64,000 bases of DNA from Eledone cirrhosa (lineage: Eukaryota). Location: assembly GCA_964016885.1 (NCBI GenBank), contig OZ024742.1, positions 196,726,001 through 196,790,000 of the forward strand. The letters are read 5' to 3'. The notes beneath the pieces were generated by a model. The model was not told the origin of the DNA. It ran no database searches and saw nothing but the letters and a program-made list of their open reading frames with translations. Position numbers and translations under genes: made by a program. This document shows positions 1 through 11,785 of this stretch, one piece after another; position 1 is the first letter of the stretch; each line of letters opens with the position of its first letter.

Positions 1-709
1 ACAGATTTTCAGCACGATCTACCAAGACAGAATTAGAAGTAGTATTCTTTAACAAAACAGGCTTCATTATACCAGCATGGCCTTGAACAGATAGGCATTT
101 AAAGTTCTTGGCACGGACGCCGTCATAGTAACCAAAAAACCAGCCTTTCCAAAGATTATTCTCATCTAATTCATACCGATTTTTATCCAAGCATTCACGC
201 TCGTCGATTTTCTCTTCAAATTTTCCATCAGACCATCCTTCTTTATAATGCTGTAAATAATAAACCTGATCTATATGTCCTTTAGGGTTACTCACTTGCA
301 AGAAATCATCAAATTCTATAGTTGGTACATGATTCGAGAGGCTTTCTACATTGAAAAATAGTGACCATGGTATACGTATCTGCTTTCCTTCTAAGTTGTC
401 TGAGTGCCAATGGTAAAGATGACCCCAAGGAGGGAGTACTAATACCCATGGTTCAACTTCATTGAGATTTTTAGCCAAATTAGCTACTCGCATATAAACA
501 TCTCTCCGGAGGTTGAATCCTTCACCGTGATTTACATCATATAATAAATACCTGGTACTTTTTGCTATCCCAAATGCTACATTCTGCACGCCAGGGACTT
601 GATAGGGTACATCATCTAAGTTATTATGGCAGTAAGTGGGCATAAAATAGTAAAATAATATATAGAATAAAGCACCACATGTGTTCAAATTTGCCACGTA
701 CACGTCCAT
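1..709 (-). CDS. POFUT2: GDP-fucose protein O-fucosyltransferase 2, N-terminal 236 codons (continues beyond the window start)
   Basis: Hand translation of the minus strand from ATG at 709 is open to base 1: MDVYVANLNTCGALFYILFYYFMPTYC...RYLLYDVNHGEGFNLRRDVYMRVAN...WVLVLPPWGHLYHW...RIPWSLFF...IDQVYYLQHYKEGW...GWFFGY...CLSVQG...VLVDRAENL. This matches the POFUT2 motifs YLLYDVNxxEGFNLRRDVY, LVLPPWG.LYHW and DRAENL. The N-terminus is hydrophobic and signal-like. Confidence 0.96.
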   Translation of the reverse strand, partial: MDVYVANLNTCGALFYILFYYFMPTYCHNNLDDVPYQVPGVQNVAFGIAKSTRYLLYDVNHGEGFNLRRDVYMRVANLAKNLNEVEPWVLVLPPWGHLYHWHSDNLEGKQIRIPWSLFFNVESLSNHVPTIEFDDFLQVSNPKGHIDQVYYLQHYKEGWSDGKFEEKIDERECLDKNRYELDENNLWKGWFFGYYDGVRAKNFKCLSVQGHAGIMKPVLLKNTTSNSVLVDRAENL

Positions 710-716
710 TTTGATA

Positions 717-740
717 CTGAATAAATCAACATCCGATTTT
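717..740 (-). promoter_or_regulatory. Putative 3' splice acceptor 7 nt upstream of the POFUT2 ATG (5'UTR intron)
   Basis: Minus strand reads gttgatttattcag|tatcaaaATG. Confidence 0.45.
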
Positions 741-1249
741 ATGCAAGGGACATAATTCTATTACTCTCACTGACATGGTGGTGGTTGTGTTGGAGCCAGG
801 CTGATCTATTATGAAAAACGTTCCAGCCATCAGCTTCCTGACATGTTTTTCAGAAAATTTCTCTTCCACCTTTTTCTTTCCTTAGAGAAATGTATTACTG
901 AAAAAAAAAGAAGAAAAACTAGTTGATATGTTAGTCGAAGGACATCAAGAAAGTTTCAATAATAACTCCCGTAATTTTGCCGATTATGTACATACTAAAA
1001 AATGAAACTAGCTATGAGAAATGTAAAAAATAAACCTGGCTTACTTAAATTACTGAAACGCAATACCCATTATCATATAAACCAGATGTTTAAATATCTT
1101 TAGATTATTTCTAACCTTATTGTTATCGTTTTTGTTGTTTAATTTATGACAACTATAAATAGGATACATTGTTCAACTGTAACGTTGAATAATTTTATAA
1201 TATGTTTTAACAAACGAAAAGACTATGCAGATATATACAGTACTAAAAA

Positions 1250-1550
1250 AAAGGAAAAGAAAAATGGGAGGGAATAATAAGGAAGAAAAAAAGTGAAGAT
1301 ATGCACACTCAAAGGAGCGCTGGATCTTCCCTCTAATAATTTTTGAAGCAAGCCAACACACAACATTGTTGTCGTTGATAGCGAGGTTACGGCGCTGGAA
1401 TAACCAAGTAGCCCGACGGGCACCACCTGATACGTCGGTAGAGCAAGCAGATAACAATGAGAAGAACCTCATTGTTAGTGGTCCAGCTTCCCCAAAGGTC
1501 TCGAATGTCACAGCGTGGAAAAACAGTTCGCCAATAATTTCTGGTATTTA
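1250..1550 (-). mobile_element. 3' fragment of an RLE-type (CRE/R2-like) non-LTR retrotransposon
   Basis: Translates to FETFGEAGPLT..FF..L...DVSG..R..WLFQR.NLAI, a degenerate restriction-like endonuclease C-terminus. Related pieces lie at about 2330-2480, 4330-4590, 5130-5370 and 6960-7280. Confidence 0.6.
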
Positions 1551-1789
1551 ATATAATACACACAATTATATAATTAAAGCGGAAAAAAAAATCACTTCGA
1601 CACTATATCTCTAAGGTTAATTACACAGAGGTACCACCCACATGAAAAACAACAGTTTAAAATATTTAAATAAACGCGATTTATATAATAGATTTATATT
1701 TAATACAAAAGAATCTTGGGTGATGATTGAAAGAATAAGATTGTGAATACAAACGGTCCTCCGAATGTTTTTTTTAAATAACGTTATTC

Positions 1790-2110
1790 GACAGTGTGCG
1801 TAACTCGGCGATCAGAAAGTCGCTTCATGTAGAGCTGCGACTTCTCCAAATTGACAGACCACAGCTCCGATACGACAGGCATGTGTTTAGATTGTCCCAG
1901 GAAAGAATTGCTGGACAGATTTTACTGGTAAAACCAACTGACAGGAGACCCAAGAGTAGATCTCGAGCAAAATTCACTGGATAACATCCAAGAGCTCATC
2001 TGGTCTCGCTTGGGGATCCAGCCAAATCAATTAGAGACGGTTGCTCCTGACATGACCCACTGGAAGGTGTACTTGAGAACTATGCCCCTACGACCCTCTC
2101 AGGAATAAGT
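1790..2110 (+). mobile_element. RTE-like LINE 3' fragment
   Basis: QLRYDRHVFRLSQERIAGQILLVKPTDRRPKSRSR resembles the RTE C-terminal LRWxGHVxRM...RPRGRP. Confidence 0.65.
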
Positions 2111-2627
2111 GGCTGAACTAAGTTTATGAACTTTATTCACAGTTGTATAAATAACATTACAAATTGTTCACAATTCTTTCAGACTAATATTACAAATATA
2201 ATGTTGATAAACAAATATAAAAGCATACAACGGAGGAAAAAAAAAGAAAGAAAAAAGGGGGGGGGGGACAAAAACGAAAGTGACCCCCGGTTCACCGCCA
2301 AGTACGGCAATCGACTGCACATCACAAGGGTCAACAGGGATTTTCGAGGCAAGCGAACACGCTCGGAGCATTACCACAGGCGATGGCGATGGCGAAGCTA
2401 AGGCGCCGAAACAACCAGGCACTCACACGGATATCATCTGACACCTCGGTAAGGCGAGCCGCCAGCAATGACAAATGGTCGAATGATAATAATATTATAT
2501 ATCAGTGCTGTTAATTATATATATAGAGGTATCATCTACATTAAAAAAAAAACAATAGTTAAGCTCGTGTTAACGTATTTAATGTAGTAAACATTAACAA
2601 CCCAATCAGAAATGCGATGGCTAACAT

Positions 2628-3110
2628 TGGATTGGCAGTATCGGTAGAGGGTCGGACGCCATGCTTTCCAGCATAGTTACGTCCCTTTACGATCTGAGTT
2701 CAAATTCCGCCGAGGTTAACTTTGCCTTTCATCCTTACGGGGTCGATAAAATAAAGTACCAGTAATGCACTGGTTAATTGCTGGCCTTGTGCCTAAAGTA
2801 GAAACAATTATTTTAGCGGATTAACTTTGTCTTTCATCCTTACGGGGTCGATAAAATAAAGTACTAGTAATGTACTGATAATTGCTGGCCTTGTGCATAA
2901 AGTAGAAACAATTATTTTAGCGGATTGGCAGTATCGGTAGAGAGTCTGACACCATGCTTTGCAGCAAAGAATTCCGGCCCTTTATGGTCTGAGTTCAAAT
3001 CCCGCCAAGGTTAACTTTGCTTTTCATCCTTACGGGGTCGATAAAATAAAGTACCTGTAATGTACTGGTTATTTGTTGGCCTTGTGCCAAAAGTAGAAAC
3101 AATTATTTTA
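2628..3110 (+). mobile_element. Tandem tRNA-derived SINEs (family A), three units
   Basis: A-box-like tggcagtatcgg, B-box gagttcaaatcc, central gcctttcatccttacggggtcgataaaataaagtacc, end ggccttgtgcctaaagtagaaacaattatt. Confidence 0.9.
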
Positions 3111-3249
3111 ATAATTTCGGAATGTACGGGAGACAACTCCAGGCATGTATCCTTAATATTAGATCGTGGACGCAGCATGGCTGAATAGTTAAGCAATTCG
3201 TTTACCATTCATTAGGTCCTGGGTTTAATTAAACTGCATGACATATTGG

Positions 3250-3612
3250 GTAAGTGTCTGACCAGACAGTACTGCATGTTGTTAGGAACTGCCTCCTCAG
3301 ACTTTTTCCCAGCGGTCTGGAGGCAATCTATAATTCTGCAAATGACTCGCCGATCTCACGCTGCCTTTCTAACTACTGTGCATATTTCATACAAGAAGTG
3401 TCTTTTACCATAGCCTCGGATCGCGTAAAACTGGGTAGACATAAGGTGTTTGAAAGCTTGGCCATCACCAGAGGTAACGCTGCGAGCGTGCTGGCTTGTC
3501 TCAAAATTCATTAGAGAGGTTTCCCAGTGCTCCTCGCGATACTGCTATCTTTTGCTCGGTTGTCCTCCCCTTACTTTATATTATATTCGTTCTGTAAACA
3601 TTGTATTATTAT
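3250..3612 (+). mobile_element. RLE-type non-LTR retrotransposon 3' fragment
   Basis: LAITRGNAASVLACL matches the RLE terminal motif (L/I)AIQRGNAASVL; followed by a (TAT)n tail. Confidence 0.65.
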
Positions 3613-3614
3613 TA

Positions 3615-3927
3615 TTGAGTTCAAATCCCGCCGAGGTTAACTTTGCCTTTCATCCTTACGGGGTCTATAAAATAAAGTACCAGTAATGTACTAGATATTT
3701 GCTGGCCTTGTGCCTAAAGTAGAAACAATTATTATAGGTGGATTGGCAGTATCGGTAGAGGGTCGGACACCTTGCTTTGACGCATAGAGTTACGTCCCTT
3801 GCCATTCTGAGTTCAAATCCCGCCGAGGTTAACTTTGCCTTTCATCCTTACGGGGTCTATAAAATAAAGTACCAGTAATGCACTGGGTGATTGCTGGCCT
3901 TGTGCCAAAAGTAGAAACAATTATTAT
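3615..3927 (+). mobile_element. Two further family A SINEs
   Basis: Near-identical to 2628-3110. Confidence 0.9.
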
Positions 3928-4593
3928 ATTTCTATTTCTTTTTATTCACAATGTTACTATTATATTTCTTTTTATCTGTTAAAATTATGTATATATCTGT
4001 TTATTTCCTAGAAATTTCAAGAGTTAACTGTTCCATTTATCGAACAACGGGAACACTCACCGTCGAAACCGACAAAGTTCCATTCCAGAATTACGTTATG
4101 GGTGTGTCTGTGGAATGCTCAGCCACTTTATTTCATGAGCAAGCTATTTTGTTGATCGAATAGTCAAAGCACTCAGTATCGAAACCGACGGAGGTCCATT
4201 CCAATTAGACCTCCTCATCGAAACTTACTACTTGGCAAAATATTGATGAGAGAAGCACTAAGTTGATGTATACAATCGTAGAGCACTAGACGTGAAATTG
4301 TTGACCTAATGTTATCGTCACCACACAAATATTTCTAATTAGATTTGTGATGCCTGATACCGCCAGCGATGACAATAACTTCCCTGTCAGCGGCCCGACT
4401 CCACCAAACGTCTCGAACGCCACAGGCTGGAAAAAATAATTACTGGATAAATCCAGGCATTTCCGAATTTTATTCCATTCGACAATGGAAGCAGTGACTC
4501 CCACATTTGCCGCGACGTGCATGATGTGGGAGGAAGCAAAAGAGTCACTGACTGCAGCGTCCTAGATGAAACACCTACCTCTTTCATCGCATC

Positions 4594-4798
4594 TACGAGG
4601 GTCGGCTGAAGAGGTCTTAGACTAACCAAGACCTTCTCTTGGAATGACCAAATGAGATTTATTTCTTTTTAACTTAGTCCCTAGAAAGAAACACAGTAGT
4701 TACAAATAAGAAGAGTTGAAATTAATGAGTGCATGATTTTACAGCCCTAGCATCACTGCTTCATAGCCGGCCTATGAACTTTTCAACCTATTCTCGTA
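4594..4798. mobile_element. Mariner-type MITE
   Basis: TA-CGAGGGTCGGCTGAA...TTCAACCTATTCTCG-TA; homologous to 7828-8020. Confidence 0.8.
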
Positions 4799-5746
4799 AT
4801 ATTTTTGTTTAGAATTTTTAATAGGGCATTTAAGTTTCGATGTTAATGTGAACCTGGGCTGTAGCTCTGTACTAGTAAACGCTATTTAGCTCCAGATCAA
4901 CTTTAATCGAGCTTACCGATGATCAAAGGCATTCAAGTTGTCACCACCATATCTTTTATTCATGAATAAGACCACATTATTCAATGTATCCTTTCTTCTT
5001 TTTAAATAAATACAATAAATTATTGCTAGGAACCTCTCAAATATAATGCACAAAGCTGTATGATGAAAGCGAAAGAACCCCCCCCCCCCATCCAAACCCC
5101 ATTAATTCACCACAAAGGCCAACGGAATATTTTGAGGAAAGCCAACACGTTCACAACATTATGCAAGTGATGGGGAGGCTAAGGCACTGAAACGACCAAA
5201 CACCCTCACGTGCATCACCTGACACCTTGGCAAGACGAACCGCAAAAGATGACAAGAACTCCACCAAACGTCTCCAATGTCACAGGTTGGAAAAAATAGT
5301 TATTTGATAGTACTCGGTATTTTAATATTTTATTCCGTTCGACAGCGGAAGCAGTGACCCTCACTTTTTAGGCGGAAGATATGGCTGCTATTCCTAATAC
5401 GTCAAACGACCACGTAGGATCTCCCTAGTTGTGCTCGAAAATTTTACTCAGTTTGATTAGATCTAGTTTTCTACTGAAGTTCCATTTACATCTAAGATGC
5501 TTTCTAGAATATCATGCTAACACCAGTACTTGAGGGAAATGTGTGACCCATCAAGATCTGTGGAGGAAGGCCTAGCTGATATGAGGTTGACATGAGAGAA
5601 AATCCATATTAGAGATTGGGAACATGCGGAGTGGAGATCTCTAGCCAATCAATGCTCTGTTGCTTGGGAGCAAAAGAAGTGAGTTAACTAAAGATTTCAT
5701 AATTGTAAAGGAAGTTATCTCAGAGTGATCTCCCCTCATATCAAAC

Positions 5747-5776
5747 ATGTCTCAGTCGGCAATGAATCGTGTCTTG
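5747..5776 (+). CDS. MRPL13: MRPL13 coding exon 1 (MSQSAMNRVL)
   Basis: caaacATG...TTG|gtaag donor, phase 0; joins in frame to QWATF, like the ..RV(L/Q)QWATF N-terminus of animal MRPL13. Confidence 0.85.
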
Positions 5777-7827
5777 GTAAGTTTTTTTTGCAATATGTAT
5801 TAATAATTTTATATATTTAGAAAACAACAGTTGTTTCTATGGCACAATTTTGTAGTGTTTACCGAAATATGAATATTTAGAAAGCTGTAGTTGTTTATAT
5901 GTCTAAAATGTTTGCATTTTGAAAATTGTTTTCAGTTCAACTTGAAAAAGTGTTTAGATTAATAACTTATAATAACAACATATCGGGATTTGAAAATGTC
6001 CATACAGTTATTTTTTCGGGGAAAAATTGTTTTAAATATTTATTTTGTTCTAGAAGCTGAAATAGGATAGATATTATCATTCCGTTTACCTTTACTTTCT
6101 TCTTAGTTTCTCTGATAACAAGTCGTCCTTCTTGTGACATTGATAATTTACGGCGTTAACGTGCGATTACAGCCCTTTCAATTGTCTCCCATTCAAACGA
6201 TATCTAGTGTATTTCTTCAAATTAAATCACTTGTAAAATTATCTATATAATTTTCTCTGATTAATAAGGCAGCCGTATCTGGTCAGAAATAGCAGCCAAA
6301 TCTTCCTCAAAACTACACTCTTTCCTCTTTAACCCTTAACTCCTGGTGGATTCGTAGGGACGCCAAAGGGACATACTGTGTTTCTTTGGCATTTTTAAAA
6401 CCCGACGGAGCCTATCCTTTCTCTAGCTCTGAACACAGACGATTTCTTCAAGAGAAAGAGAAAGAACAAATCAGAAATATATATTGAGGAAGAATCAACC
6501 CCGGCACTGGACTTTTAAAGTTGACTGCTGCGAGATTTAAACTCGGAGCCAGACCGAATACCGCAAAGTATTCTATACAATGTTTTAACAACTACAAATT
6601 CGGCGCCTCTAAACTAACGTCTAAAAAACCCGACACATTTAATGCAGTCCTATTTAAGGATCTCCTTAAAGTGAAAGGGAAGATTGCAGACAGAAATAAA
6701 AAAAAATTGAAATGTAAATACAAATGGCAGAACGTAATTAGTTCCTGTATATATGCTGCAACATGTAAAGAGTGTATTTAAGAAAACAAAAATCGTTGTT
6801 AAAAAGAACACACCATTAAAAATAATGGATTTTACATAGTACTTGTGAAAGTTGTAGTTAAAACAGAAAATGAACAAACTTAAATGTAATGGGAATCCTG
6901 CACAAGTTTATTTCAGTAGAGTGCATACAAATAAACACTATTTATATTAAAGAAATAGAAGAAAAAAAACGAGTGAAGATGCATACATTCAATCACACAC
7001 CACAAGGAGTGCTAGATTTTCTCTGAAATAATGTTTGAGGTAAGGTATTGCTGTGGATGATAGTGAGGCTAAGACATTAGAATAATCAAGTACCCTTGCG
7101 GGCATTACATGATATGATGGTAAAGCCAGGTGATAGGGAAGCCAAGATGCTGGAATAACCAGGTACCGTCATGGGCATCATCTATGTCGGTAAAGCCTGG
7201 TGATAGCGAGGCTAAGACACTAAAATAACCAAGTACATCACCTAATATTTCAGTAAGGTGAGCCACCAACTATGAGAAGTATATTCACATTGTGCTTTCC
7301 ATTTCCAGAGTAACCATGACAGAACAGACCTTTGATTAAATGCATTCCAATTGTAAATGTCTTGTTTTCAGGCATATATAGTGTATAAAAGAAGGCATAG
7401 TCTGATTTGTGGGTTCCATTAAAGAGCAAGTGAAATTTCTAGGCTGAAAACTGAAATGTAAACAACTTTCTATCTGTTTCTGTAGAAAGACCAAAATGTG
7501 CCTATTTTTGGTGTATATGCTGTCCCAATAATACAGACATAGTGGGTTTTTGTTTGTGCATATATGCTGCTACAATAATTTAGACATACAGGCTTTCTAT
7601 GAGTGTATATATGCTACCACAATAATAGACATACTGGCTTTGTTTGTGTATGTACACTGCCACAATAATACAGACACATTGACTTTCTGAGTGTGTACAT
7701 ATGTTAATGGTGAAACAGAGATTAAAAACATTTTTTTAAATTGTTACTTAAAAAAATTTGGTCTATTTTCACCCCTATCTCTAATAGTAATAAATACTAA
7801 AATATTTGTTTGAAAACCTTGATAAAA

Positions 7828-8020
7828 TACGAGAGTCGCGTGAAACAGTTCATAGGCGGGCCAAGATACTCTCATGGAATGATCATACGAGGTTTATTTT
7901 TCAATATAGTCCCTAGAAAGAAACAATGCAAGAAGAGTTGAAATTAATGCATGCAAGATTTAACAGCACTAGCGCCACTTCTTCATAGTCAGCCTATGAA
8001 CTTTTCAGCCGACTCTCATA
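7828..8020. mobile_element. Mariner-type MITE (second copy)
   Basis: TA-CGAGAGTCG...GTTCATAGGC / GCCTATGAAC...CGACTCTC-ATA terminal inverted repeats; internal sequence shared with 4594-4798. Confidence 0.85.
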
Positions 8021-8375
8021 GAATACATATACATCCCTCGCAGACACTTCTGTTCACATTTTCGGTCTCCAGGGATACTTTACCTGATTTTCACAATTAA
8101 CATTTATAGAGATATACTATTATTATAGTCATTTACATTGGGGTGCACCCATTAGAATATGTATATTTTTTCTTATTTGAGTATTTAACTTAGAGGTGAG
8201 CTCATCCATTTTGGTTAACACTTGAAGCCTTGTTAGGGGTAAATACTGAAAATAAAAATATAATTATGAAATTGGAATCATGGTGATGGAATTAGATTAT
8301 TTACTTCATATTATTAACATTTTGTGGGATTTTGATTAATTATCTGTTTCTTTCTTTTTCTCTGATTTATTTTAG

Positions 8376-8499
8376 CAATGGGCAACTTTCCACAGAACTT
8401 GGTGGATTTATGATGCTGCTCATCAAAGTCCATTCAAATCTGCACACATGCTGGCTTATGTTTTACAAGGAAGGCACAAACCTATATATCATCCTTTAA
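8376..8499 (+). CDS. MRPL13: MRPL13 coding exon 2 (QWATFHRTWWIYDAAHQSPFKSAHMLAYVLQGRHKPIYHPL)
   Basis: Polypyrimidine tract and tag acceptor, gtaagt donor, 124 nt; uL13 motif LQGxHKPxYHP. Confidence 0.97.
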
Positions 8500-9229
8500 G
8501 TAAGTACTTGACATCTCATTATTATTATGTCCATAACTATTTGCTGGTCCACCCTTTAACCTGGTTGTACTGGTGCCATGACAAGAGCATCAAGTCTACT
8601 TTGAAACATGGTCATACTAGTGCCTTGACAAAAGCATCAAGTCTACCTTGTAAGGTAGTAATATAGGTGCCATGACAAGATCATTCAGTCTACCATGTAT
8701 GGTGGTCAAAATGGTGTCTTGACAAAAAACACAACATGTAAAGTGGTCATACTGGTGCCACAATAAAAAGCACTCAGTCCACCCTGTAAGGTGGTTGTAC
8801 TGTTGCTACATCATTACATCATTCGCCTCCTTTGAACCCCACCATACCTTTTATACACCCATAACACCCTGTAAAGTGGTTAGTGATAAGAAGGGCAATC
8901 ATCTGTAGGAATCATGCCAAAAAAAAAAAAACAGAGAGGACTCTTCAGTTGTGTCAATGGCACAACCACCTCTCTAATACACCCAGTACTTCTGTAAAGT
9001 GGTTGGCCATAGAAATCTTGTCAAAGAATGGATTGGGAAGACTGTTCAGTTATGTCAAGGATATGACAATTTGCTTAATCTTGGTACCATGATAACATAG
9101 GGCTGTTGAACCCTTGCTAGCAAGATAAAGGAATGTGGATGAGGAAGATGGCAATGATGAAAGTTGAATTCCAGTTAATTTAGAAAAAATAAAATGGTTC
9201 AAGGAAGTAAAATTTAGTGTACAGTAATG

Positions 9230-9660
9230 ATTAGAAAGTAAGACTGATATTGAAAACCAGCTACATCAGTCATAATTATGTTACTGTCATTAGGAAGTAA
9301 GACTGATATTAGAAACCAGCTACATCAGTCATAACTGTGTTGTCATTAGGAAATGAAACATATTAAAAACCAGCTACATCAGTCATAATTATGTTATGAT
9401 AATATAATAATGAAAATTATTGTGTACACTGCTCAGTTGCACTATAACTCATCACAGATGCATATATAGTACATAGAATAATGTACAAAAGTCAGGAAAG
9501 TGAACAGTATACGAGTCATGATATACATAGCTACACACCCACATTCATTAGAAAGTAAGACTGATATTAAAAACCAGCTACATCAGTCATAATTATGATA
9601 CTGTCATTAGGAAGTATGACTATTAGAAACCTACTACATCAGTCATACTTCTGTCATGAG
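9230..9660. repeat. ~59-bp tandem repeat, about 5 units, interrupted by ~140 bp
   Basis: Recurring aagtaagactgatatt..aaaccagctacatcagtcataatt. Confidence 0.85.
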
Positions 9661-9845
9661 AGACTGATTTAACTGATTCCAGGAGTACTGAAATCAGTTA
9701 AATCAACTACACTCCTCTCCCCTGCTAAACTTGCAGCCTTGTGTTGCCCTTGTTCGAAATCTTTATTATGGCTCTTCTGAAACTTAACAATCATTTATTG
9801 GTGGTTATTAGAAATATCTCTCTTTGTTTTCTGTCCGTAATTCAG

Positions 9846-9939
9846 GTGACATTGGTGACCATGTAGTTGTAATCAATACAAAACATATAAGTATGAAAAA
9901 TGAATTGTGGAGGAAATGGAAATATCATCATCACACTGG
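9846..9939 (+). CDS. MRPL13: MRPL13 coding exon 3 (SDIGDHVVVINTKHISMKNELWRKWKYHHHTG)
   Basis: ttcag acceptor, gtaagt donor, 94 nt, phases 1 and 2 consistent with neighbours; DxGDHVVVIN and HTG motifs. Confidence 0.97.
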
Positions 9940-11354
9940 GTAAGTCTTAAGTTTCTTGCCATTTTACAAAATGTTGTGTCTTTAGATGAAATATTTTACA
10001 TAACAATGTTTTTAGATGAAATATTTTACATAAAGATGTCTTTAGATGAAATCATCATCATCCTTGTTTAACGTCTATCTTCCACGCTAGCCTGATCTTT
10101 AGATGAACTATTTTATAAGAAAGAAGTGTCTTTAGATGAAATATTTCACAGAAGCTGCGTATCTTTCTTTAGCATTAATCTTACTGTCTACAAAATATTG
10201 TGAGGTCCTTTGTGTGTTCTTATTTTGGGCTAGGTGGCTCAGTGAGAGCATATCTTAGAATAATGACTTTCATAGATTATGTGATTCAGGATTGAAATAA
10301 ATGGGAATGTATAGTGTGTTGCAGAACCACCCAGGTTACAACAACAACACCAACAAATGTGTTAATGCAATTTTCTCAATTAAAGCAGAAGTTAACCTTG
10401 CAGGTCTCATGGCAAGCTTCTCTATTTTGCTCTATCATCTGCACCACTACCCTTCAATGTTCTGACTTTCATTTCTCTCCAATCATCTTTCTTTCTATTC
10501 CCTTTTCTCTAGTTCCTTCCACATTTATTTCCATCACCCCTCACACCTAATCACTTTCATTGTTCCTCAACACATGACAAAACAACCTTATTCCATTTCT
10601 CTTCACAACATTCATCATTGGTTCTATTCCCATTATCTGCTGTAATTTATTGTTTGCCGTTCTCTCTCTCAGTGATAATCTTCTCATCTATTGGACTATT
10701 CTCATTTTTGTTCATTTCAGTCTTCTTTGCTGGCCCACATTCATCATCTATGTCTTGCTCCTGTAAATCATGGCACTTCTCACACAAGCAACATAGACCT
10801 TTCCCTTCTGTTCTTTCCAATCTTTTCTGTTGCTCCACCCATATTCATCATTCATAAATCATATCTCTTTTCACACATGTTGTATACACCCTTCCCTTCA
10901 GTTTCAGCAACTCTACTCTCTTCATTAGCACACCAATCAGTTCCCAGAACTTACCTTACCCATGCCAGCTTTAACCCTTTAGCATTTAAACTGAAAGAAA
11001 TAATAACATAGATTCTTGAAGGAAATAATAACATAGATTCAATATTATGTGAGGTAAAGCCTTTACCACAAAAATACAATAGTATATATAGAGTAATGTA
11101 AATGCTAAAGGATTAAATTAAAAAAAAATTCATACAGATGTAAAAATGCTAAAAATATTCTCTTGTTATTTGTACCTCTCCTTTGCCTTGATTGAGCAAA
11201 CATTTACAATCAAAGACATCCCAGCTATGACATCCCAGGCTTCAAATATAGTGTATCTAGGATTACATATCCAGTGTGTTCTTTTTGTTTTTAACTTTTA
11301 ACATCCTGTAATGATTTAACTAAAAATGTTTAAAAGTTGATCTCTTAATTCAAA

Positions 11355-11785
11355 TCATCATCATCATCATTTTACATCTGATTTTCCCTGCTTGCAAGGG
11401 TGAGACGGGTCCTATTCAGCACAGCATCTCTCCACTTGTCACAGTCCTTTGTCATCTCCACCGTGAGCTTCAGCGATCTGAGGTCTGCTCTCACCACCTC
11501 CGCCCATGTTTTTTGTGGTCTTCCTCTACTACGTCTTCCTTCAACTGGCATTTCTTGGCACTTCTTCACCCATCAGTCATCCTCCATGCACATCACATGT
11601 CCATACCATCGCAGTCTCCTCTCCTGTACACAGCAATTTATCCCTCTCAGACACAGTTTCTCTCTCAACACATCCATGCTTGGCCATTCACCCATATTGA
11701 CATTACACATCCAACGGAGCATGCTTGCCTCATTTCTGTCCATCCGTCGCATATCCTCTGCAGTTGCTGCCCATGTCTCACTAGT
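11355..11785 (-). mobile_element. RTE LINE 3' end with (GAT)n tail
   Basis: Minus-strand ETWA...RNEASMLRWMC...RRLRWYGHV...GRPQKTW; tail cttgcaagcagggaaaa..gtaaaatgatgatgat. Confidence 0.9.

Noticed and set aside
251-270. Apparent minus-strand acceptor (tttattatttacag) suggesting a POFUT2 exon starting at 250
   Set aside because: The frame stays open and homologous upstream (IDQVYYLQ), so this is coding sequence.
8448-8666. 72-aa ORF in the track as a standalone gene
   Set aside because: Only its first part is MRPL13 exon 2; the rest reads through the donor at 8500 into the intron.
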